DNA of 64,000 nucleotides from Owenia fusiformis (Eukaryota): assembly GCA_903813345.2 (NCBI GenBank), contig CAIIXF020000001.1:46066001-46130000 (forward strand). Direction: 5' to 3'. Below the pieces are notes generated by a model that was given only the letters and a program-made list of their open reading frames with translations, searched no databases and was not told where the DNA came from. This document shows positions 27,413 to 38,843 of this stretch, piece after piece (within the stretch, counting starts at the first letter, position 1; each line of letters begins with the position of its first letter). The position numbers were made by a program, and so were the translations under genes.

Positions 27413-28765
27413 GATATAAGAGATAAAGTAGAAGCTGTCAATCACACAATGGCACGCCTAACCATCGACAACGTACAGTGACAAAATATACCGTCGTACA
27501 GTTCATGTTGAACATAGTCTCGATCAGCGCTCGAGATATAACTGACCGGTTGGAGAATGTTGGTTTTATTCACATTTCCATTGATCATTTTTTCCTCTGT
27601 GGTCTGAGAGTGGCGATTATTTTTTATAAGAACAGAGATAAGTTTCCAGCCAAATTTTAACTCCAACTTAAACTTTTAAATGACGTAAAAACCTCTGGGG
27701 AGGAAGATTTCTCAAAGAAACCAAGAAAGTACATTTCATCAGAAAAAAGAAAAATGTTCCTGGTTTCCTAATCGAGGGAATTTTATAGTTTCTAAATAGC
27801 TGAATAACGCTGACATTATAGATGGCACCCTTGTTTGTCTTTGATTTTCTTGTGCCAATCCTCCATTCACTGCAATGCTAGAAACTTAAAATATAGTCAC
27901 TTAATTAAAGTTGATAACGTACATTTCTGATTTTTTTTAAATTATACCCAATACTGAATATCTATTAATCTTCACCCGTCTTAAATTGTAGTTAAGCTAA
28001 ACATATTCACATAAAAATAATCGACACTCTTAAAATACAGGGAAGAAAATAATCAAAGGAAATATGAAAAAACAACATTTTCAAACCAATCAATTATGTG
28101 GGTAGATTAACCATGAAAATAATCGAGCAATGCTCGAGAATCTTTTAACGTAGTTAGAAAGTCTTTGCAAAAGAATACACATGAAATTAAACGTAGAAGC
28201 GACGGTTATGTCCGCCATTTGTGACAACGGTATCTGACTTACCGCTGTCAGGCTATTCCGGTGTGTTAAGGTTCAGGGATATATTTCGTGTTTCACATGT
28301 TTAGACATGTTTTTACAAGAATGCTCAAACATGTGATAACTTATAATGTAGAGAAATCCTACACTTTTATTAAAATTCGGTGACATTCCTTTAACATTTC
28401 CAGACGAAAAAGGAAAGGAGATTGGTAAACAAGCAACAGAGAGTGCCCAAATTAAAGTGATTTTTATTCTAAGAATCGGAGTAAAAAAATCAGAAATGTG
28501 AAAACTGATGTCTATATTTTTGTGTAGTATGAAAATATCATGTCTTGGAAATATGTGTTGCTCTGTCGAGAGGCCTTAAAAGAGGGTGGGGTAAGAAGGG
28601 AAATAAGTACTGAAATATTTAAGCTACTTTGCTGAATCCCAATTTACTGAGCTTTGAATGGATGTTTTTTCATTTGTCTGTCCAGTATTATGTACTTTTG
28701 TATGATCCATATACACCATTCATTTAAACAACATGTACTGTTTAAGGGTAAGTAGCTGCGTACAT

Positions 28766-29565
28766 GTATTCGCGAATGCAACTTTCGGCTGTCGGCTACC
28801 GGTCTAACCTCCTATTTTATGCCCAACTCATTTAAACACGTGCTACTATTCCATTCATATTTAAATGAGTCCCATAGAAAGTAGGTTAATCCGGTAACCG
28901 ACAGCCGTAGTTGCATAAGCTTGTATTCGCGAATGCAACTTTCGGCTGTCGGCTACAGAATTAACCTGTTAATTTTCATAAATTGACCCGTCAGTTAGCG
29001 AATCAGCTACCGGCATACACGGCAGATACCATTCATATTTAAATGAGCTTGCCACCAAATAGCAATTTACCAGGTGGCCGCTAGCCGAAACCTGAATTCG
29101 CGAGTACAAGCTTAGCCTTGAGTCTGGGCCCGGAGTCTGGGTCCGGAGTCTGGGTGACACTTTAAGGTCACCCACTTCAAGGTCTTTAAAGTTTTATCCG
29201 TTGAATGTTTTTACATAAAGCATCTACAATTCTCCACTCTTATTAATGCTTCTTTACTTAAGCTTGTATTCGTGAATTCAATTTCGGCTGTCAGCTACCG
29301 GATTAACCTACTCTTATTTGAGCAACTCATTTAAATATGAATGCAAGTACTTTTCATATATTAATGAGTTGCCTACGCAAATACAAAGTTAGCTTGTATT
29401 CGTGAGTGCAACTTTCGGCTACCGGATTAATTCTCATAAATTAACCAATCAGCGAATTAGCCACCGGGATACACGACAGGTACAATTTATATTTAAATGA
29501 GTTTGCCGTCAAATTGCAACCAACCCGGTAGCCACTCGCCGAAAGTTCCATTTGCGAATACAAGC
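28766..29565. mobile_element. Cluster of four ~130-195 bp palindromic MITE copies of one family
   Basis: End motif AGCTTGTATTCGYGAATGCAACTTTCGGCT(GTCGGCT)ACC at ~28766 (partial), 28918, 29261 and 29391. Inverted ends ...GCGARTACAAGCT at 29112 and 29565. Shared core CTCATTTAAAT / ATTTAAATGAG. Confidence 0.75.
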
Positions 29566-29725
29566 TCAGTCAGATTTGTTCCACGGTGGCGGTAGCTTCC
29601 AAAATCGATGTAGAAAATTTTCATCGTTCTGCGTATCCTTGTATTTTATGCTGCATATTTCTTTCGATTTTTGGAAGCTACCGTCGCTATACGGCCGTAC
29701 TTTCGCTGTACTTAGCAGTTCTTAA

Positions 29726-30133
29726 CCCTTAAACCGTTGGGCTTTAGAAAATTACAGCAACGGTACGCCCCCCCCCCCATGATCTCGCGAACGAACAATT
29801 AGAGTAGGTTGTATTAGGTATCATTGGAAAGGAATTCATTTTCATTCATTATTTTGAGCTTACTTATAACTATACTTCAAGCTATTATATTGATGAAGAA
29901 ATTCATTTTCTAAGAACAGAGGGGATGTTCGTTTCAAGTCAAAACTACCGACAATTTGGGTATTTAAGTAACTTTGACCAGCTCTAACTTTCCTCCTAGG
30001 GGGGTTAGAGTCACATTTATTTCTCTAAAACATGCCTAATTTAGTTTTAAGAAAAGCCAGAAAGTTTCGGATCAAAAGACTACGAAAAAAAGTCAAAAAT
30101 TGGGCACCCCCCCCCCCCCAAGCCGTTTAAGGG
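29726..30133. mobile_element. piggyBac-like MITE
   Basis: TTAA|CCCTTAAACCGTTGGG ... CCCAAGCCGTTTAAGGG|TTGA: CCC..GGG ends with TTAA and TTGA flanks. Confidence 0.55.
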
Positions 30134-31165
30134 TTGACTTTCATACCAAAAAAATACATTCAAAAAATTCTAGAAGCATGTTCTTTTTGCACAGTGGTAT
30201 TATGTCATTTTGATAATATTTGAGTGTATTTGAAATCATCGCAAAACCATTGGGAACATATTGAGGGTTAAAGTTACCTTCATCTCTCCAGTCCGAGGTT
30301 GAAATGATTAATGTCTCGGATATTGGCGAGATTATTCTTAAAATGCAACTGCAAATATTTTATTTCACGTCTCGAAAAGAAGACTTCATCTGTGGATACT
30401 CCAAATTATCCCTTTTCAAAATAAGAGATCAAGGAGGATTGGATCCAAGAATGCATTTCCGATATTCTGCCATATATTGGAATCATTGTCGTGTAGATGT
30501 GGCTAATAATGCTTTAAGCCCAGCCGCAGGACTATATTGTACTGTTTATATTATATAAATGAATAAATAAATAAATATAAAAAAAAATTGTCGTGTACAA
30601 AATTCAAAATTTAGACATCCACTATTTCTTAATCTTTCTCACTTCAGAACTTGAATCGCGAGTTTTAATCTTATTACTTAACAAAAAAAAGTCAAATCGT
30701 GACACAAGAAGTCAGTGATCAAGATATATTAGACTAGTTCAAATCATATGAGTCACTGATTGTGAATTTATAGGGCAGATAAAAGTCAGACAATAATGAC
30801 GTACGCTGTCTTTGTTGGAAAATATTGATGTTGCATTCTGGTTGCCAATCCTCCTTGATAAGAGACAATGTTTACTGAGAACCAAATATGAATATTTTGC
30901 TCTCATTTTTCCATGTCATGCCTATATATTAGAACATAGTCAAGCATTTAACACAAATACTTTGTGTCCCTTCTAATTATTTTGAAATCAGCTATGTTTA
31001 AGCATAATTATGGAGTTTATTTGATTAATATGACTGAAAGGAACTACAAAACTGTTTGACATTGGAAGCGGGATTGGAAGTTTCAAACTTTCAAAACTTT
31101 TTAAATTGGCGCCAGTTTTGATGTCATCAATACCTATTACGCATGCGCGTATAAGACATCCGGTC

Positions 31166-34100
31166 ATGGCTTCCATTCAAAAGGCCCTTGGTATTTTGAG
31201 GAATATGCCTCGCGTATGTTTAGCAAACATCGCCCCCATGCCTGGAGCAGGAAAAACAGTAGGTGTTATATGAGTGTATTGAACATATAATTTAGATTTT
31301 GTTCTCCATTAATCATTCTCAAAGTAAATGCCAATTTATACATATTATCGCCCACCTTTTCGCTTGAAAAATCATTTTATTCATATGACGGACCTACAGT
31401 GCTGATATATAATAATATAGGGTGCGTTTTGAAACTAAACAGAGTGCTCCTACCAAAATGAATTTGCCTACATACCCCTGAGACTCTTATCTGATAGATA
31501 GAATGCACAAATAAAACAAAAGTTTTGCTATAATAGGTAAAAAGTTCTCTTGAAATTTCGAAGTGATTTTACCTGTTAATTCTGTCCATGATCCCCCATT
31601 TTTGCGGACGTTTCACTGAAACGCAAACTCCATGAGACGAAACGAAATCACTAGAAAAAACATGGCCCACATTGCGCGCATGTGCAGCAAAGTTTGAACC
31701 AATCAGATTATTTAATTATTTTGCGCACATGAATTATTTGCTTCTGAGCACTTACAAGCTTAACACAATAAACAAACCTGGCAGAGACTACCCTTAGCCT
31801 ACTTCATTTTGGCAAAATTTCAGCTCAAACTCGTGACAAATGCATTATGCATACGCTGGTGTGAAGCCTTGGATACACTCATTTTGGTAAATATGATTTA
31901 TGGTGTATACTTTTCTGCAGTTTGTGGGAGTTTGGGATATCAAATGTTAAAATTCAAGAAAATATGCCAATTAAACGACTGATCAATTAATATATACCAG
32001 TACTGTAGGTCTTCTGATACTTTCAAATCTTAGCATGGCCATTGTCATACAAGTGATCTGATTATTTTGAGAAGTTTGGGTATCTTTCTTTTCTGTAATG
32101 TCAAACCTGTCAAGTGCCCTAGACTATATCCTATTTAGTCTGAATTATATTCAGACTATAAGCTGTGCTTTCATTAACGCCGTCCCATAATGGAGAGGAC
32201 CCGGTTTTTAATATAGGGACCCCAAACAATGAAAATGAGGGGTCACTTGGACGCAGTGCAGGTCATATCAAAAAATCAACTCTGGATGAATGTATTGATA
32301 AAGATCTTACCTCCAGTCTTTTATTTGGTCAAAATCTGCTAAATAAACGAAGGATATTCTATTTCTAAAAGAAATAAAATTTTCTTTTGGAGTTTCTTTC
32401 CCGGAAGTTGATTTCCGATCAATATAGTATGAGGTATGTGATAGGACAATCACTTGTAGTTGATTTCCGAGCGGTAATCGGTACGAGTCCTATGATTGGC
32501 CGAGATTATTAATCGCGCATGCGTCTTTGCCGTCTTAATAATTTTAACCAATCAAATTGCTGGATTTGTTGCGCATGCGCAAAAAATAAACCAAATAATG
32601 GAACCTCACGGAGATTGCTCTTAGTGAAGCTTTCGGAGCGATCAAAATCAATGGCAAATTGCTTTGAAATACGCGAAGAAAAATGGTATTAATGGTTGAA
32701 TATTACTAATCTCTTTCAAATGAAGGTATTTGCATCATTTAATGACCTACTAGACTTGTGTAGAACACTGATCTGGGCCAAAAAATAACAAAACTGATGC
32801 AAACTTTTCATCAATCTTTTTCGTTCAGTGCAAAAATGTGACTTTGAATTCCCGGGAACCTTTTTTATGGGGACGCACTTTTTTGAGGGGGGACGCAATT
32901 TTTGAAAATCAATTCGTCCCAGGGAAGCACTTTTGATCAAGCCTACTGAAAGCACTGCTATAAGGCACCTATGTTAAAGTTTGGTAATACTAAATATTTG
33001 TTTACATAGGAAGTGCTATTCAAAATGGCCGATTGGGTAAAATTAATTTGCACATTTGTTACTTCATCTACCTTTATTTCCACTTGACAATATGCTGTGT
33101 TACTTTTTATTGCATTTAATTGTACCTTACTATTTAATTGAAATTTTTTAATGTTTATTTTATTGAAGAAATGGTTCCTCCAATTGATAATTTTGTGCAA
33201 AACATTTCACTGCAATTTCCACAGGAAAGTAGTACATCATAACAGACTGACTTCTAGTCAGTCTGTTGGATACATACTATCAAGTGCCCCACAATTTTAC
33301 TGAACACATTTGGCTCAAAAGCCGGCTGTATGGGCACACTACGTAAGGTTTGATGCAACATAAGAAAACAGTTAATCAAAAGATAAAAGACTTATTCCCC
33401 GTTCCCTTCTTCTAAGGCCACTACGGCCTTCGTTCAAAGATAAATCCCTGCATGTTTTTTACTGCTGTATACGGGTTCTTCCTAATCATAAAATTTGAAA
33501 TCAAATGTTCGCCTTTTTTCCACATCACAATTTGAATTGGGAGTTTTGGTCTTATTACCTCACCAAAAATTCCAAAACATACATGAAGTGATCAATCTAT
33601 TAGTTCACATCTTCTGGATCGCTAACTTAGAATTTACAGCCTGTTAATAATGTCAGACAATAACAACATTTCGTCCAGTTTTCGAATATCGCCATTTTTC
33701 TTGGAGCCGTTTATTTAATTTTAGACAAAATCATGCAATATCTCATCAAGGAGCCCAGCCAGTTCCATTTTGATTCATGATATATTTATCTGGCGATTTT
33801 TAAAATATTTACTAAATTTATGACACAACGGCCAGCTTTTTTCAGATGGTTCACAGTGTTCAACTGAACTTCAAGAGATTCCAGGACAATGCAAAGAATT
33901 GCATCAAATTGTCTATGTCACACAACATGTGTCACAAATTGAAGGAGTTTTAGAGTATCGATTTTTTAGTTTATGCCTCATTGCTTCAGATAATTCATAA
34001 TAGCTGCCTTAAGTGAGATCTCTTCAAAGTATGGTTGTTTGTATTACACTGCATTTATTATTAGATCTCAAATAATGTGATTTGAGCTTTTGAAACTCCA

Positions 34101-36634
34101 AAATGGTCACCCAAATGCTTAAATTGGTAGAAAATTCTGATACATCTCAAATGTCTACCTGCAAATTAAGGGTAGAATAGATGGTAAATACTACATTTTG
34201 ATGTACTAGTATACATATTCAATGAATATATTGTTGGTTGGGATTTGCTACTCAGAGTTGCTGATTTCTAGTTAACATTTGCTGAACATTGGTGCTTATA
34301 TTTTTGTAGCGTAAGAATAGGAGAGGTCGAAACTCTGGTGGGAGAAAGCGTGGTATGGGTGATAAAGGACAAGGGGGTAGAGTCAGTGGTCTGCCACGTC
34401 TAGGCTTTGAAGGTGGACAAACTCCCTTATATCTTAGAGTTCCCCTTGAGAAACATTACAACAAAGATAACCAGTAAGTATGAATCATGTATTACAAGTT
34501 CAGTAAAACCTTTTTAAATGAAGGAGACCATTTCCAAAATTAAATGTTAATGTAGATTTAGAAATATCCTGTTGTGGAACAAGATAGCCAATATTCTAAT
34601 TTTAATTTTATGTTAATTTATTATTTCAAAGATTTTTGGTGGACAGAAACTCAAAAGTTTTATCGTGTTCAAATCAGGTACATATGTCCGGTTGTGGTCA
34701 CCAAGACAATTCTGAATATAACTCAATTTCACTCTCTCCTTGCAATTTCTGCCATTGGGTTTACAGCCTGAATTCTGTTACTAGTTTCATATAATATACA
34801 TGTATATGATATTGCTGAGTATTTTCCAAGACACTAGATTATGAAATACAAAATACCCACCCAAAGTTCTCTCCTAGCAGATGCATGCCTCAAAATTTTT
34901 CCTTTGATAGTTTTCTTTTTACATGCATATCCGTAGTGTATAGATTTTTGACCTTAATAGAAAAAGGATTTTCCTCATTAGCAGAATAAACTGTGCGAGT
35001 GGGAGCAATTGTCTTTTGAGAAACTAATCATGAAAACCTCAAATGATCATTGAATGCTATTCTTAAAATCAAAAAGTGGGAGAAGGTTTGCCAGGAAGCA
35101 TGTAGACAAGAATTTACTGAGAAGATTTTAGGGTGGAAAATCCCAAATCATAACCTTAACAAAAATTAATGAAAATTTGAAATCATCCCTGAAAGTATTT
35201 TGGGCTGCTGTGACCCTTAGGCAAATATCGACTCATGATAAGGTGACCTGAGGTCAATGTCAAAGGTCAATATCTTGGTATATGGCATTTTAAGACCCTA
35301 GGGGAGTGCTGTGACCCTTGACGATATATGATGAATTAACCTGAAATCAATATCTAGGTATGTTAAGGCATTTGATGTCAATGTCAACTTTTATGGATCA
35401 ATATCTAGGTTTTAAGGCTTTTTGTAGCTTGATGACCCATGATTAGGTGACCTGAGGTCATGGTCAACTTTTTGCGTCAATGTATCTCAAGGTCAAATGT
35501 CAATCATTGTTTAAGGCCCTGTGGGGCTGCTGTGACCCTTGGCTACCAATTATTAGGTGACATGAGGTCAAAGTCACATTTATTGGTCAAGGTCGTCTCA
35601 AGGTCATTATCTATGTACTTGGTGTTTTATTAAAAAAGTTTTGATACTCTGTTCCACTCGATCAAGTAGTTTGTTAGTATATATGTAATGTACAGTTTTG
35701 ATTAAGGATCACTTGTATATTTCAGCTTGAAGAGACAGTACCCCCCTTTATCTTTGATACAGTTACAGAGGCTGATAGACCTAGGACGTATAGATACCTC
35801 TCAACCAATAGATCTCCCTGTCATCTGTAACCAACACATCATGACTGTAGATCCCTTCAAGCGACATTTTGGAGTTCATTTGACGGATGAGGTAAGATAA
35901 TACATCTTTTATCAATAATTGTTTTTTCAGTCTATGCTCAATTGTGGAAGGGATATTCTCAAAATGACTGCTCTAAATGGAACTTGGAATCAGTTTTGTT
36001 AATTGCCTGTTTTTTCATAAAAAATCAATAACAGAAAACACTAAAAGTTTGCCTCCGTGAAATTTTGAGGATACAGTTACAGTAGGTGTCCTTGTTAAGC
36101 ATGTGTATGTTAAAAATGAATGGCAAATATTGTACAATAGATAGGTGATAGATGTCATCTATCTACTTCCAGGGTGCAGAATGCTTCAAAGCTAAGGTCC
36201 ACATAGAAGTACAGTGGGCAGATGTAACAGCAATAGCAGCTATAGAACGAAATGGTGGCAAAATTACAACGCGATTCTTTGACCTGCCATGTTTACATGC
36301 ACTCGTTAACCCTTTGAATTACTTCAAGATGGGGACTCCAATTCCTAGGTGTCGATATCCCCCTAATGACGCCCTGGAGTACTACACCTGTGCGTCATAT
36401 AGGGGCTACCTGGCAGATCCAGAGGAAGTGGAGACTCACAGACAATGGCTTGCTAATTATACGGGGTACAAACTCCCCTCTAAAGACACATATGAGACTG
36501 AACTGATGCAGATGAAGAAACATAATCGCCAAATTTTTTATGGACTCGAGCCAGGCTGGGTAGTGAATCTAGCAGATAAATGTATATTGAAACCCAAATC
36601 TGAAGAGTTGAGGACTTTCTACCAATCACAATAG
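31166..36634 (+). CDS. MRPL15: Mitochondrial ribosomal protein L15 (uL15m), 4 exons, 294 aa
   Basis: Exons 31166-31258 (MASIQKALGILRNMPRVCLANIAP..), 34310-34473 (..LPRLGFEGGQTPLYLRVP.., the uL15 GFEGGQ signature), 35726-35891 (LKRQYPPLSLIQLQRLIDLGRID..FGVHLTDE) and 36173-36634 (GAECFKAKVHIEVQWA..AIERNGG..RGYLADP..QIFYGLEPGWVVNLADK). All introns are GT-AG with consistent phases; total 885 nt. Confidence 0.96.
32163..32957. mobile_element. Non-autonomous DNA transposon with 7-bp TSD (P-element-like) in MRPL15 intron 1
   Basis: CTATAAG|CTGTGCTTTCATTA ... TACTGAAAGCACTG|CTATAAG: a 14-bp TIR with 2 mismatches and an exact 7-bp flanking duplication (32156-32162 / 32958-32964). Confidence 0.65.
35200..35610. 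repeat. Degenerate GTGACC/AGGTCAA-rich tandem repeats, probably a HINE-type core, in MRPL15 intron 2
   Basis: Recurrent GCTGTGACCCTT, AGGTGACCTGAGGTCA and TCAATATCT(A/T)GG blocks. Confidence 0.55.
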
Positions 36635-36952
36635 ATGGCATGATTGTCTTGTTAACATAAATTTGGTCTGTCCCAGCATGGGCTTTGTCCTAGCACCTGC
36701 TCTTGCTCGATTTCTCCAACTTGTGAGTGCAAATTTTGCACAACATTAGACTTGTCTGTCAATCGTTGCCTTGCCTCTCATTAATATACATAGTGGCGAT
36801 ATTTTTTCATTTGGTACTTAAAAATTAAATTATAACTGGTCATTTGATTAGAACCTTTGATGTGATATGAAGGGTTCCATATTGATGTCATATATTAACA
36901 GGTCTTAAATGTTGCAGTGTCTTATTTAAATATCTTATCATATTCAGGATAT

Positions 36953-37450
36953 AACTAGAAATGGAGGCTCTCGTAGGCACGTTTGACAATTTGAAGGTCA
37001 GTTAAAGGTCAAATCTAAAATTTAAGGTAATATTGGAACTCCTGAAACTTTTTAGATTTAAAAAAAATAGTTTGGTCAATTGACCTTTTTCCATATAGAT
37101 ATATAATAGATGGCATCATGGGTATTGGTAGGGCTAGAACACATGTAAATGTATACCTTTTTTAGACAGCTAAAAAGTCATTAGAATTTGAATAAAGGTA
37201 AATAACAGTGCAAATCAAAGTTGTTTTGATAGAAAAATACACAGAGAATTCAAATATACCGTCAAATAGAAGAAAATTTTAGTCTTATGGTTAAAAAGGC
37301 AGATCTCCTAAAATCTCATTAAAAATGAGACTTTAACAAGATTTCAAAGCTTTATCATGGAAAAAGGACCATTAAAGCAAGTTGACAAATGACTTATCTT
37401 TACCATTTTTTGACATCATATATCTCAAAAACGGTAAACATTAAGATTTT
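36953..37450 (-). mobile_element. Fragment related to the HINE-like element at 16287-17271, in the opposite orientation
   Basis: TTTTTTGACATCATATATCTCAAAAACGGTAAA (~37406-37438) is the near-exact reverse complement of TTTACCGTTTTTGAGATATTTGATGTCAAAAAA (~16856-16888). Further matching blocks lie at ~36990-37060 vs ~16935-17010. Confidence 0.55.
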
Positions 37451-38534
37451 ATTGAGACCGTGAACAAATATTGCACTTATTACATTCAAATATTAATAAG
37501 GTATTGTAGTGTCTTTTAACTTTGTGGTATGTATTATTTACAATATAAGGTCTGAAATATAAATACAATACAAATCGTATGTTTGTGATGTATGTTATTT
37601 AAAATATTATGTATTGAATTGGTTGATATTATATGAATGGTTTTGAGGTGACTGTCCATCCATTTGTGTTCATTTGTCTGATCAATAACTCAAATACCAT
37701 TAGAAGGATTTAGTTCAAGTTTTGTAGACTGATGCCTTATTGATGTAGGATCTCTGATCAAGAAGTTATTTTCAATATGGCTGCTGAATTCAAAATGGCC
37801 AAAATTTTTTATCTTTAATAACTCAGTCCCAGTTGGCGGATTTGATTCAAATCTTATATGCTGATGCCTAGGGACACAGGAGCTTTTTCAAGCTGGCCAC
37901 TGAATTTCAAAATGTCTACGGAGATCTCCCATGAAATATATTCACCTGTATTTTCTTGTGTGCAGCTTCATACCAGAGTATGCATGACACATTGATCACG
38001 AATTTGAGTTCACATTTGGATTAACCAAAGGAGGGGGGCATTGTCCGTCAATTATGGTTCGATTTTTATGATAAGTACTTAGGCGTGAATAAAAAATGTG
38101 TGTGAAATATCTAATAATCTGATTGGTTTAAACTTACAATCATGCATCCATACATGGGCAATATTTTTTCTAGTCCTTTTTTCATTCCACAAATTCATGG
38201 ACCAAAAAAAGTTCCAAAAGCAAATGGTGGAAGCGTGAAAAATTAACAGATAAAATTACATGGAGATTTTAGAGATTATTTTGCCTACTATATAGTATCT
38301 GCCTATATTTGCAACTTTCGCTTCATTTGTACATTCTATCCTTGAGATGAGAGTCGTTTGTGTCTATAGGTGAATATGTTTCGGAAGGAACGCTATTTTG
38401 AAAAACCAATGCTTATTTATAAACTCAGCACTATGGACAGTATAAACGTTACATAAAATGTTTGAGACTACGTGTAAATAAAGTTTTTTATAACAAATGT
38501 TATGACATGTGAAATACAAATCATATATTTTTAA

Positions 38535-38641
38535 TCACATTTTTAACAATGTGTGCCTACCAGTACCCAACTTGCTATGGTAACAGTATAGCTTACCATT
38601 GTAACTTTGGTACTGGAGGGCACTCGTTGTTAAAAATGTGA
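38535..38641. repeat. ~107-bp imperfect palindrome (hairpin MITE) downstream of the PITHD1 stop
   Basis: TCACATTTTTAACAATGTGTGCCTACCAGTACC pairs with GGTACTGGAGGGCACTCGTTGTTAAAAATGTGA. Confidence 0.75.
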
Positions 38642-38843
38642 CCACAGTATGCATGTTATATATGAGACTTACAGGAAATTGCACATAATTTGAGTCTGAA
38701 ATGTCTATCATGTTTCAAGAAATGGATTGTGTTTCCTGTTATTGGGATATTGGTATAGACAGCGGCATAACCAATCCCAAGAAATTTATCAAACTGTTGT
38801 TTTGGGTGCGTCATGATAGTATAGGATGTGACTAAGTTGCCCC

